Origin: Candidatus Bathyarchaeota archaeon
GTDB lineage: Archaea; Thermoproteota; Bathyarchaeia; Bathyarchaeales; Bathycorpusculaceae
Length of the DNA: 64,000 nucleotides
Direction: 5' to 3'
NCBI GenBank assembly: GCA_963767735.1
Contig: CAVYES010000005.1
Coordinates: 288,001-352,000 of the forward strand
Of this stretch, positions 39,500 through 48,595 are shown one piece after another; position 1 is the first letter of the stretch, and the number at the start of each line of letters is the position of its first letter. Below the pieces are notes generated by a model. That model ran no database searches and was not told where the DNA came from. It saw only the letters and a list, made by a program, of their open reading frames with translations. Made by a program: the position numbers and the translations under genes.

Positions 39500-40249
39500 G
39501 TGAGGTTTCTTGTCATCTCTGAAGGAGGTTTAAAGGTGGATTCTGTTGAGAAAATAAGAGAGGCGCTGGGTATAGAAAGGGAAGCAGTGGGAGTGAAATA
39601 CTCCGATGAGTCCCCTATAGCCAAGGTGGCTGAGGGCCAATATTCCGTGTGTGATGGCATTCTAGAGGCTGCTGGTGGCAAAGTGATAATGCTCTCGAAG
39701 GAGACCTGCTCTTGTCCCGGAGGAAGAAGCATTATTGGGCTTACTGAAAGGCGAGAAGTGCCGCTTAGGCTGCTTGTTGAAGGGGAGAAGCTTTGGTGCG
39801 ATGTTAAGACGGCGATGAGGTCGTTCATTGAATCTGAGAAGATTGCTAAACCACCTCTTGGTATTGCCAGCAAGGTCTATCTGTATCCAGTTAGCAAAGA
39901 CATTTTCGTTCCTGATTTAATCATCTTCCTCGTGAATGCAGAACAGGTATCAAGACTAATTACGTTGGCTCAGTTTTGGGATGGCAAGACCCCGCCATTT
40001 GAGATGAAGGGGTCGCTTTGCTGGAGCAGCATAACCTACCCTGTTGTGTCAGGTAACTTTAACGTGACTGCCGGTGATATAAGCGCAAGGCGAATGGTTG
40101 GATGGGACAAGAATACACTATTCGCCTCCGTTCCAGTAGAGAAAATAAAGGGAATCGCCGATGCCATAGATAAAAGCACAGCTGGTACAGCTAAGCCATC
40201 TAGCCGATTCATTAAACTGACCGAAACTATAAGGTTAGGGAAAAAATAA
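39500..40249 (+). CDS. DUF169 family protein
   Basis: AVGVKY, CSCPGG, PDLIIF..NAEQ..RL, GDISARR. Confidence 0.75.
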   Translation: MRFLVISEGGLKVDSVEKIREALGIEREAVGVKYSDESPIAKVAEGQYSVCDGILEAAGGKVIMLSKETCSCPGGRSIIGLTERREVPLRLLVEGEKLWCDVKTAMRSFIESEKIAKPPLGIASKVYLYPVSKDIFVPDLIIFLVNAEQVSRLITLAQFWDGKTPPFEMKGSLCWSSITYPVVSGNFNVTAGDISARRMVGWDKNTLFASVPVEKIKGIADAIDKSTAGTAKPSSRFIKLTETIRLGKK

Positions 40250-40435
40250 CTGGCCACTCGAAATTGCCTCCCGAGTTCAGGTTTCCTTTGAATAGGAAAC
40301 TTGTAGGTCTATGTTTTCGTTGTCTTCGAAGACTTTTTCAGAAGAGCTCAGAGTTTCCTCAACCAGAGTGGAGTTCCTCTATTTCTGGCTTGCCTGTAGC
40401 TTTGTCTGTGTTTCTTTGGATTTGTCTTGCGCTTG

Positions 40436-40630
40436 TTAATTCTTATTCTCAATGAGAAACATGAACATGAATATCATGCTTAACACAAAGGCAATAAATC
40501 CAAGTCCAATAAATGTGAAAAACGGTACATGGTTAATAAATAGGGCGTTTAGGGGAACTTGGTCGATTATTATTCTTGCTGCAATGTAGAGCCAAAGAAG
40601 AAAAGTGTATAACCAGAGAGTAGCGAACAA
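40436..40630 (-). CDS. Small two-TM membrane protein
   Basis: Two hydrophobic helices in 64 aa. Confidence 0.5.
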   Translation of the reverse strand: MFATLWLYTFLLWLYIAARIIIDQVPLNALFINHVPFFTFIGLGFIAFVLSMIFMFMFLIENKN

Positions 40631-40976
40631 CGCTTTCTTTTTCTTAATAATCTAACCTCCAACATCAGCGATCACGTATTAAGAACTACTTTGCATCAAT
40701 CCGCCTTAAAGAACATTCACCTAACTTTTATCCTCATTGGGAGTCTGACGAGGTTTCCAAGGGGCAGGCTCGTCGATTAGTCTTATGGTAATCTGCTCAT
40801 TGTTAACAGACACAATTATCTCTGAGCTTGGACTAAGCTCATTTGATGCGAGACGGCTCTTTCAAAATAGCTTTTCAATTTCTGATGAACGAGCGTGCTT
40901 AAAAAAGGGAAAACCCTTTGTCATTCATGAAAACTCTTAAATTATACAATTCCCAACTGAACTGCAAGGTCCTTTC

Positions 40977-41993
40977 ATGTCATCAAACACTAACAAGCTG
41001 GAAATCCAAAGCTATGACGATAAAGAAAAAATGTTCCTTGTGAAATCACCTATGGGAAACATCGTGAAGGTTCAGGATACCTTTGCAGAAATGTTCCCGC
41101 TTTGGGTAGGAAGAGTTTTAATTACTGCTCAAAACGAGAAATGGGCACTTATCGCTGCAAGTTTAACTACGGGTTTTGCCACGAGCGTTATTGAGGCAAC
41201 TGCGGAAGCTGCAATCGAAAGAACTGTTCCAGCAGACCAGACCCCTGACAAACGACCCGGAGTACTTATCCAAATTTATAACCGTGACCGTTTTGAACTC
41301 AAACACCAGCTCATGCAACGTATTGGCCAATGCACCTTGACTTGTCCCACAACCGCGGCCTTCAACGGCATGGATAAATCAAAACGAACGTTAGACGTTG
41401 GCAACAGTTTACGCTATTTCGGCGATGGTTTCCAGAAAAAAGCCATGGTTGGCGGAAGAAAATGCTGGAAAATCCCAGTTATGGAAGGCAGCTTCATCGT
41501 TGAAAACGGTTTTGGCGCTATGGAAGCGGTTGCAGGCGGCAACTTTATGATTTTTGCGAAAGATCAGCCATCTGGATTGAAAGCGGCTGAAGCAGCGGCA
41601 GATGCAATCCGAGCAAATGCTCCTGACGTAATAATGCAGTTTCCAGGTGGCGTTTGTCGTGCAGGCAGCAAAGCTGGCTCGCTCAAATACAAGCTGAAGG
41701 CTTCAACTAACCATCCGTACTGCCCAACCCTGCGTGATCTTGTGCCTGACACTGTTGTTCCAGAAGGCGTAACTTGCGTTTATGAAATTGTCATGAACGG
41801 CTTGTCATTGGACGCTGTCAAAAAAGGCATGAAAGAAGGCGTAACCGCTGCAGTCGGTGTGCCTGGTGTCGTTAAGATATCTTCGGGTAATTACGGTGGA
41901 AAGCTTGGTCCGTTCAAAGCTTATCTCAGAGAAGCCATAGGCGCACCCATGCCTGAGCCAGCGACGACGCCGCCAGCTAAGCCAAAAGCCTAA
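40977..41993 (+). CDS. ftr: Formylmethanofuran:tetrahydromethanopterin formyltransferase
   Basis: DTFAEMF, TGFATSVI, TPDKRPG, RIGQCTLTCPTTA, FPGGVCRAGSK, ASTNHPYCPT, GNYGGKLG. Confidence 0.95.
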   Translation: MSSNTNKLEIQSYDDKEKMFLVKSPMGNIVKVQDTFAEMFPLWVGRVLITAQNEKWALIAASLTTGFATSVIEATAEAAIERTVPADQTPDKRPGVLIQIYNRDRFELKHQLMQRIGQCTLTCPTTAAFNGMDKSKRTLDVGNSLRYFGDGFQKKAMVGGRKCWKIPVMEGSFIVENGFGAMEAVAGGNFMIFAKDQPSGLKAAEAAADAIRANAPDVIMQFPGGVCRAGSKAGSLKYKLKASTNHPYCPTLRDLVPDTVVPEGVTCVYEIVMNGLSLDAVKKGMKEGVTAAVGVPGVVKISSGNYGGKLGPFKAYLREAIGAPMPEPATTPPAKPKA

Positions 41994-42076
41994 ATCTACC
42001 GCTTTTTATGTCGGAACTTTTATTTGATTCCTTTTAACGTTAGTTATCCAGTTAAAGATAGATTTAGTGAAGTTAT

Positions 42077-43348
42077 TTGAGTACAGAGAAAAAATCGTCT
42101 CTTGAACTATTCAGGCTAAGAAAAACACTCAACTCCCTAGCCAGCAAAGAGGGCAGCCACACGGAACTAATTACCGTTTATGTTCCGCCGGGCAAACAAA
42201 TCAGCGATGCATTGAATCTTCTGCGTAACGAATATGGAACAGCCAGCAACATCAAATCCAATGTTACACGCAAAAACGTTCTAGACGCCATCACTAAAGC
42301 TCAGCAGAAACTCAAGCTCTTCAAAGACCCAGGCGAAAAGGGCATAGTGATTTTTACAGGGGCTCTACTGCAGACTGGAGGTGCGCCAGGCACTGAACGC
42401 ATGGAATCCTACGTGATTGTTCCGCCTGAACCTATCAGAATTTTTCTTTACCGCTGCGATTCACGGTTCCACACTGAGTATCTGCAAGAGATGCTGCGGG
42501 AGAAAGAAACCTACGGCATCTTGCTGGTCGACGCCAACAACGCTACCATCGCAACGTTGCAGGGCAAACATGTGGAAATTGTCAGGCAAATGCATTCGGG
42601 TGTTACAGGGAAAACTAAGGCAGGTGGACAGTCAGCGCGGCGATATGAACGGCTGCGGGACATGCAGTTAAACGAGTATTTTACCCGTGTAGGCGCGCAT
42701 GCTAACGAAACTTTCCTGCCGATTGACACATTAAAAGGCATTATTTTGGGTGGTCCTGGACCGACAAAATATGATTTTGAGAAAGGCGGCTACTTGAATT
42801 ATCAGTTGAAGGACAAGATTTTGGATGTTGTTGACACGGCTTACGTGGAGGAGCAGGGCGTTAAAGAAGTGATAGATAAGGCGCCGGAGATCATGCGTAA
42901 AGTACGCTATATTGAAGAGAAAGAAATCATGCAGAAGTTCCTCTACGAAGTCGGCCATGACACAGGCATGATGACTTATGGTGAAGCCGAAGTGAGGCGC
43001 CTCTTGCAAGCAGGAGCTGTGCGCTTGCTCATCATGTCTGAGAGCTTAGATTTGGTCCGCGTCACCGTGAAATGCAGTGCTTGCGGCTACGAAGAACAAC
43101 AAACCCTCAAAAGCCAAGAAGTAACCAGTTTCGAGCAAAGTTTAGCGGGGAAACCATGCCCAAAATGCAGTGCGCCATCCCTGACTGTGCTGGAGAAAAA
43201 AGATGTCATAGATGATTTGGCAGAGCTGGCGGAAATGTCAAACACGGATGTAGAGATAATTTCGGGAGAAACTGAAGAGGGGCAGATGCTGAAGAACGCG
43301 TTTGGCGGCATCGCAGCAATGCTCAGATTCAAACAACAGCAAAGCTAA
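42077..43348 (+). CDS. prf1: Archaeal peptide chain release factor aRF1
   Basis: TASNIKS, YRCD, GGQSARRY motifs. Confidence 0.97.
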   Translation: MSTEKKSSLELFRLRKTLNSLASKEGSHTELITVYVPPGKQISDALNLLRNEYGTASNIKSNVTRKNVLDAITKAQQKLKLFKDPGEKGIVIFTGALLQTGGAPGTERMESYVIVPPEPIRIFLYRCDSRFHTEYLQEMLREKETYGILLVDANNATIATLQGKHVEIVRQMHSGVTGKTKAGGQSARRYERLRDMQLNEYFTRVGAHANETFLPIDTLKGIILGGPGPTKYDFEKGGYLNYQLKDKILDVVDTAYVEEQGVKEVIDKAPEIMRKVRYIEEKEIMQKFLYEVGHDTGMMTYGEAEVRRLLQAGAVRLLIMSESLDLVRVTVKCSACGYEEQQTLKSQEVTSFEQSLAGKPCPKCSAPSLTVLEKKDVIDDLAELAEMSNTDVEIISGETEEGQMLKNAFGGIAAMLRFKQQQS

Positions 43349-43636
43349 ACCTTGAGCAGCAGCTGTTTTTTTCTTGTGCAATTTGGTTGTAAAAATCAGG
43401 ATATAGCAAGAAGGTTCAAAAACCGATTCCATTTCCATCTCATGGTCATCAAACAATGTATCGGCAAAGACTCAAAGAATTGCTGATGACAAAATAACTG
43501 CGGTTTTGGGGTAAGGTGTTGGGGGTTTGCCCCTCTCCCTTGAACTACAATTCTTTCCACTTGTCTTAAGCGCTTTTTTTGTTTATAAGGGATATTTCGG
43601 TTTCTGATATATCAATACTTATTTACAATCAGTTAA

Positions 43637-43924
43637 TCATTTTATCTGCAAAAGCTGCTCTACTTGGCTTTTATTCATCGCCTTCACGAATAGTTGTTTC
43701 TGTTTTGAGGTGGCGCCGGAGGCAAGCTCAACTTTGGCGTGCAAAAGCTTGGAAAATTCCTTCAAAATTTCTTTGTTTACTTTGCCCTTAACTGGTTCCT
43801 CAGTGCAGTGGACGACAATTTCGATACCCTCAAATTCTATTCTAAATTTTGGGGAGTTCGGTTTGACGAAAATTGTGATGATGACGCCGTCTTTGATTTC
43901 GGTTATGGTCATGCAGTTATGCAC
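43637..43924 (-). CDS. DUF167 (YggU-like) protein
   Basis: VKPNS...PVKGKVN...GATSKQK. Confidence 0.85.
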   Translation of the reverse strand: MHNCMTITEIKDGVIITIFVKPNSPKFRIEFEGIEIVVHCTEEPVKGKVNKEILKEFSKLLHAKVELASGATSKQKQLFVKAMNKSQVEQLLQIK

Positions 43925-45576
43925 TCGGCTGCCTGAGGCTGCGCCTTGCCGCTTTGCAGTGCCCAGCTAAACTTGTTGCGCAATGTTTTGGGGTAGAATT
44001 TTTCGATGTCGAACTTTACTTTTTTTGCCCATTTCACGTAAGCTGTCGGGTCAATGTAGGATTTCAGCGAAGTGCCCAAGTTGTATTCTTTGGTTAGCTT
44101 TGTTAGTTCCAAATCCAACTTGGCCCGCTCTATTCGGGTCTGTAGGGACTCGGTCTTTTTGCCTTCAGCTTTTTTGATGGCAAGCTGCTGTTCAAGCGAT
44201 TTGGCGTTGGCCTCTTTTTTCTCCAGTCGCTGGTCAAATGTCGGAGGTACCTTTTTCTTGTGGTTTGCCACAACTGCAACTTCATAATTGGCTAGTTTTG
44301 CATAATAGGTTTTTTTGTAGTCTGGCGACTCCTTTGTCACTTTTTTCTCATCCACCGCTGCTTTGAGCGAGGTTTCAAGGGTGGTGGTACATTTCCAAGT
44401 ACGAAATACTTTGGCTGAGAGTTTCGGTATTTTCTCGGAGAGAAATCGAGCAACTTTTTTGGAGTCAACGCCTTCAAAAAGGTATTCTTTGCTTGTCTTC
44501 ATGTAGTTTTGAATGTTGCGAATAACTTCTTGGGGTGCTGGAAGCGTTTTATCCCATTCCACGCTGTCTTTGCCTAGAAAATGAAAGTTCAGTTGGTTTC
44601 CATCAATTTTTACGTGTTCCGCTCTAAGAGTGATGGCGCCTACGGTGTCTGCTTCGTCAGGGTCTTTTTCGTCGCCTACCCTCATGTTAACCGCAAAGAT
44701 TAGCCAAGCAACGGTGGCGACTTTACGTCTCTCTCCATCCTTCGAATCCAGATTCCTCTCAATGTGTTGCTCAATGGTTTTGATTTGTTTGCCTAAGGTT
44801 TCGGCTTTTTGAAACTTTTCTTTTTCGCGGTTCTGCTTGAGAAACGCGGTGTCGCTGAACCAGACGTACTTGATCTTGCCTGTGAGCTTATCTTTCCAGC
44901 TGGCAACGTACATTTTGTTTGGTTCCCAAACCGCGCCAGCCCATCCCTCTTTTTTCGCTTCTTCATCTGTTGTAGTTGATGCATTAAGAGTTATGTCGCC
45001 TTTGCCTGGACCATCCTTCCATTTGCCACGCTGCGGGTGGTCGCCGCGACCAGCAAAAAGGCATGATGGCTCAGAAGTCCAGTTAGCAATCTCCAGTTTT
45101 TGCCCATCAACTTCTGCGAAGCCAAATTTTTCTTTAAACTCTAACCGCTTGATTTTACGTTCTTCAGCTTGCTGTTTTTTGACTTCTTTAGCTAAGGCTT
45201 CTTTTTTTGCTTTTTCTATCTCTATGAAACTGCAAACTTGGCTGAAGTCAATTTCGTTAATTTGACCACCGCTGTTCTGAATCTGGGGTGGATGCTCAAT
45301 GTTCTGTAAGTATCTTGGGATAAATGCATCAAGGAAGCCGGATGACGGGTTTTCAGCTTTAAGCTGGTTGAGAAATTCTTTCATGAAATTGTGTTTGAAA
45401 ACTTTGTCCGGCGGCGAAACAGTTGACAAGGATTTTCTTACCCATGCGACCGCCATCTGCTCGCTTTTAGGCGTCAGCTTTACTGTTTGACCGTCGATTT
45501 TGACGCTGAATCCTTTGTAATCGTAAATTGGAACAAATATCCCGTTATGCTTTAAGGTTTTCATAACGTGTTTCAT
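43909..45576 (-). CDS. Eukaryote-like DNA topoisomerase IB
   Basis: TLKHNG, FAGRGDHP.RGKWK, MRVGDEK, FLGKDS, SAKVFRT, ANH, GTSLKSYIDP (catalytic R/K/R/H/Y). Confidence 0.93.
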   Translation of the reverse strand: MKHVMKTLKHNGIFVPIYDYKGFSVKIDGQTVKLTPKSEQMAVAWVRKSLSTVSPPDKVFKHNFMKEFLNQLKAENPSSGFLDAFIPRYLQNIEHPPQIQNSGGQINEIDFSQVCSFIEIEKAKKEALAKEVKKQQAEERKIKRLEFKEKFGFAEVDGQKLEIANWTSEPSCLFAGRGDHPQRGKWKDGPGKGDITLNASTTTDEEAKKEGWAGAVWEPNKMYVASWKDKLTGKIKYVWFSDTAFLKQNREKEKFQKAETLGKQIKTIEQHIERNLDSKDGERRKVATVAWLIFAVNMRVGDEKDPDEADTVGAITLRAEHVKIDGNQLNFHFLGKDSVEWDKTLPAPQEVIRNIQNYMKTSKEYLFEGVDSKKVARFLSEKIPKLSAKVFRTWKCTTTLETSLKAAVDEKKVTKESPDYKKTYYAKLANYEVAVVANHKKKVPPTFDQRLEKKEANAKSLEQQLAIKKAEGKKTESLQTRIERAKLDLELTKLTKEYNLGTSLKSYIDPTAYVKWAKKVKFDIEKFYPKTLRNKFSWALQSGKAQPQAAECITA

Positions 45577-45758
45577 TAAGCTAAACCTCAATATTCCTGG
45601 CAAATGACTTTTGGTTTTAGTCTTTGCAATACATGCTTAAACATCGTTTTTTTGCTTTTCGGTTTTCAGACGGTGTTAAAGCTGCACTTTCCCATAACCG
45701 CTCACCGAAGCTTAAAAACTTAATGCGAAAAACGTCAAAGTTTTCTAGATAAAAGCAG

Positions 45759-46163
45759 CTACATTAGCGTCTTCTGCTTTCTCGCAGCCCGATCGCTTTG
45801 AAGCTTCCTGTAAACCGCCTCAACATTTTTCCTTTCCACGTACCCTTTGTGGGGGCGGAAACCGCCCGAGAAGCCGCCTGGAATATGCATCAGTTCATGA
45901 ATCAGAGTTCTCTCTTTATCTTCAGCTGACATTCTGTCGTAAATCTCCGAAATAACCTCGATGGTGTATGAGGGCGGGAGGTTTAGGACTCCTTGCCAAA
46001 TTCTGCCTAAACCGTGGATGCGTGCGATTGTGCGTCTGGCTTTGGAGCCTTTGCTTCTTACGCAGAAAACGAATTGTGGAACAACATGGTAGAACTCGCA
46101 TTCCTCTGCCAACTGGTCTACTTGCTTTTTGATTTCTGGGGCTTCAAAGTACTTAATCGGCGT
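45759..46163 (-). CDS. Putative HExxH metallopeptidase (start uncertain; possibly ACG at 46163)
   Basis: ARIHGL, TLIHELMHIP; the frame extends upstream of TTG 46112 as PIKYFEAPEIKKQVDQL. Confidence 0.75.
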   Translation of the reverse strand, partial: TPIKYFEAPEIKKQVDQLAEECEFYHVVPQFVFCVRSKGSKARRTIARIHGLGRIWQGVLNLPPSYTIEVISEIYDRMSAEDKERTLIHELMHIPGGFSGGFRPHKGYVERKNVEAVYRKLQSDRAARKQKTLM

Positions 46164-46217
46164 GGTCCTCTCTTCCTTGGCACTCTATAGTACGTTTAGG
46201 TTAAAAAGTTAAGTGTT

Positions 46218-47471
46218 TTAGCCGATTATTTTTTTCACATAGGGCATCTTCAGCAGCGGGTAAAGAATTAGGCAGGTTACTGCAAACACGATTATAGTCA
46301 TCACAGGAACCTCCAATATTGAAGGCAACGCGAAAATTTCAAGTCTCCAGCCTAGATAGGTTCCGATTAACTCGAGAATCATAACATGAAAGAGAAAGAT
46401 TGGCAACGTATTCTGGCTGACCCAATGCAGTGCACCATTAAACTTGGTGTGTCCCTCAAACCGGTTTGCTGGAACCGCGAGCAGCAGCAGGAATAGAGCG
46501 GCGGAGGCTATTATGGTTGGGAAGATTAGGTATTCATGGAAGAAGCCGTTTAGCTGGGGGTTGTATATGCTGACTGCCCAATCGCCGGCTACTGCGCAAA
46601 GTACCCCCAAAGTTAAGGTGGCGTATGGTACCCATGGCTTGACTTTAGTTTTTAGCAGGTAGACGCCAAGTAGGAAGTAGCCTATCCACCCTGAGAAAAC
46701 GAAGAGCAACGGGTTATAGTTGTAGCGGATGAACAGCTGAAGGTATGGTACGACGAAGCTGCCGACAACCCAAAGAATCAAAAAGTAGCCAAATCGTTGC
46801 ATGTCAATGTACTTCACCACTATCCGCAAAATAGGCGTTGCAAGGTAGAGCCCGATCAGCAAGTAGAGGAACCCAAGATGGTAGTATGAGCCTTCCATTA
46901 GCCCGTTAAAGACGCTTGCTACCGTGAAAGGGTACCCGTTGAAATAGTAGCCCCATGCAAAGTAGGCAGCTGTCCAAAAAATCATTGGAATGCCGATGCG
47001 CGCCCAACGCTTCTTAAAGAAAACGCTCAGCGGCTCGTCGCATTTGGCTGGGTCAAGCAGCAAAATGCCTGTAAGCATGATAAACAGCGGTACGCCAAAG
47101 TTTCCCGCGGCTCGGTAGGCGTCAATTGTCCACCAGTTCGCTACTGATGTAGGCGTCAAGGCACCGCTTATGTTATAGGAGACTGTGTTTGCGTGGACAA
47201 AAATAACCAGCAGCATAGCTAACGCTCGGATTAAATCTGCCGAGAAGTTAACTTCAGTTAGCTTGGACTGCAATTTTTCTTTTTGCTTCCCCCATGCCTT
47301 TTCTTCGTTGGGCGCCACTAATAAGATTAGTGAAAACAAAGGGGCAGAAACAGGAGTTTTGTAAAGCAGCCAGTTTGCGGTAATTATGAAAAACTTTATA
47401 ACCGCGCCGAACGTTTGGATTCTAAAAAGGTAGAAGCAAATTGAAATTCGGCACATACATGTTTGAAGCAA
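46218..47471 (-). CDS. Acyltransferase-3 family membrane O-acyltransferase (true start probably downstream of the ORF start)
   Basis: DLIRALAMLLVIFVH, VPLFIMLTG, YHLGFLY, GYFLLG; many TM helices. Confidence 0.85.
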   Translation of the reverse strand: MLQTCMCRISICFYLFRIQTFGAVIKFFIITANWLLYKTPVSAPLFSLILLVAPNEEKAWGKQKEKLQSKLTEVNFSADLIRALAMLLVIFVHANTVSYNISGALTPTSVANWWTIDAYRAAGNFGVPLFIMLTGILLLDPAKCDEPLSVFFKKRWARIGIPMIFWTAAYFAWGYYFNGYPFTVASVFNGLMEGSYYHLGFLYLLIGLYLATPILRIVVKYIDMQRFGYFLILWVVGSFVVPYLQLFIRYNYNPLLFVFSGWIGYFLLGVYLLKTKVKPWVPYATLTLGVLCAVAGDWAVSIYNPQLNGFFHEYLIFPTIIASAALFLLLLAVPANRFEGHTKFNGALHWVSQNTLPIFLFHVMILELIGTYLGWRLEIFALPSILEVPVMTIIVFAVTCLILYPLLKMPYVKKIIG

Positions 47472-48364
47472 AAAAAGTTCCAGGCTTCGACTATGACCTT
47501 TTCCGCGTTAAACCAGAAGTAGGAAGACGATTACCTCCAAAACCTGACATGCATAGCAACATTGCGATTTTCGGAGACAACGTAACCGCACGAAACCACC
47601 CAGATTGGATCTCTCAATCAGATCTAGGTCCAGCATGGAGAACCAATGATAACTTCAACGTCAGATGGGACATTCTCTGTGCAACCCAACCTGAACACCG
47701 CGCAGAACAACTAGATTACATCGAAGATGTAGCACGCAAAAGCCCAGGCATCTGGCTAAACAGCATCCACTTCGCAGACCACGGACACTGCACATGCCCA
47801 CGCTGCAACGAACTCCACGCAAAAAGCGGCTTAAGCCGGTATGAATGGCGACGAAAAGAAATCACTGATTACATGGCATTAGTAAGCGAACGAGTACGCG
47901 ATAGAGCTAAGAGCAAATTTGTCATCGGTGTCCTTCCAGACCCAGTTACCAATTATGAACGCTTTGGCGTTAATTTTGATGACTTAGCCCCTCTGACAGA
48001 CGAATTTCTCGTCGTCATGTTCAGCAAAAACTACGCTACACCTTGGTATTGGGAAATGCTTACCCGCAACTTCAAGAAACTCTTCAAAGACGTAAAACTA
48101 AACATCGCACTGTACGTTATCGGACCCGGCGACGACCCAAGAGAAACACCAACCCCGAGCGAAATCTTAACAGTTTCAGTACGCATGGCAAGAGCAGGCG
48201 TAGACGGCATACTATACTTAACAGACAAAGCCTACCAGATGGTAGAATTCCAGAAAGCAATGATAGCACTAAAAGATACACGTGAACGCTTGAAGAGCTA
48301 CGGCGGCAAACAAGGCCAAGAAGTTCTTGACTTAGTTACCAGCTGGGAAAAGATCGTAGAATAA
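47441..48364 (+). CDS. Hypothetical protein, possible glycoside-hydrolase-like TIM barrel with CxCxxC
   Basis: HPDW...LCATQPE...GIWLNSIHF...CTCPRC pattern resembles GHL10/DUF4015-like proteins. Confidence 0.6.
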   Translation: MKFGTYMFEAKKVPGFDYDLFRVKPEVGRRLPPKPDMHSNIAIFGDNVTARNHPDWISQSDLGPAWRTNDNFNVRWDILCATQPEHRAEQLDYIEDVARKSPGIWLNSIHFADHGHCTCPRCNELHAKSGLSRYEWRRKEITDYMALVSERVRDRAKSKFVIGVLPDPVTNYERFGVNFDDLAPLTDEFLVVMFSKNYATPWYWEMLTRNFKKLFKDVKLNIALYVIGPGDDPRETPTPSEILTVSVRMARAGVDGILYLTDKAYQMVEFQKAMIALKDTRERLKSYGGKQGQEVLDLVTSWEKIVE

Positions 48365-48382
48365 GCCCGACAATCCGACATT

Positions 48383-48421
48383 GCAGGCATGAGTGGTGAA
48401 AACCACTAGGCTGCTCTTTTT
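48383..48421 (+). terminator. Hairpin + T-tract after 47441-48364
   Basis: AGTGGT-GAAA-ACCACT stem-loop with outer GCAG/CTGC pairing followed by TCTTTTT. Confidence 0.5.
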
Positions 48422-48595
48422 ATTTATTTCAGTTAAAACTGTTCACTCGATAAATTATCGTAATCGCTTTAAACTTTGAATTTCGGGCAAAAACGTGGTT
48501 TAACATTAATAAAATCAAATTCTAAGCAAACACTATATACGAATCTTCATCTATGAAAAATCATAAAACAAATCAAAATAATTGAAGGCTGAGTT

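Noticed and set aside
40880-40935. CTGATGA...GAAA as a hammerhead ribozyme or C/D box RNA
   Set aside because: No stem II pairing and no properly placed D box
43490-43580. G/C-rich patch after prf1 as a possible tRNA
   Set aside because: No cloverleaf or T-loop GTTCRA consensus with a matching acceptor stem
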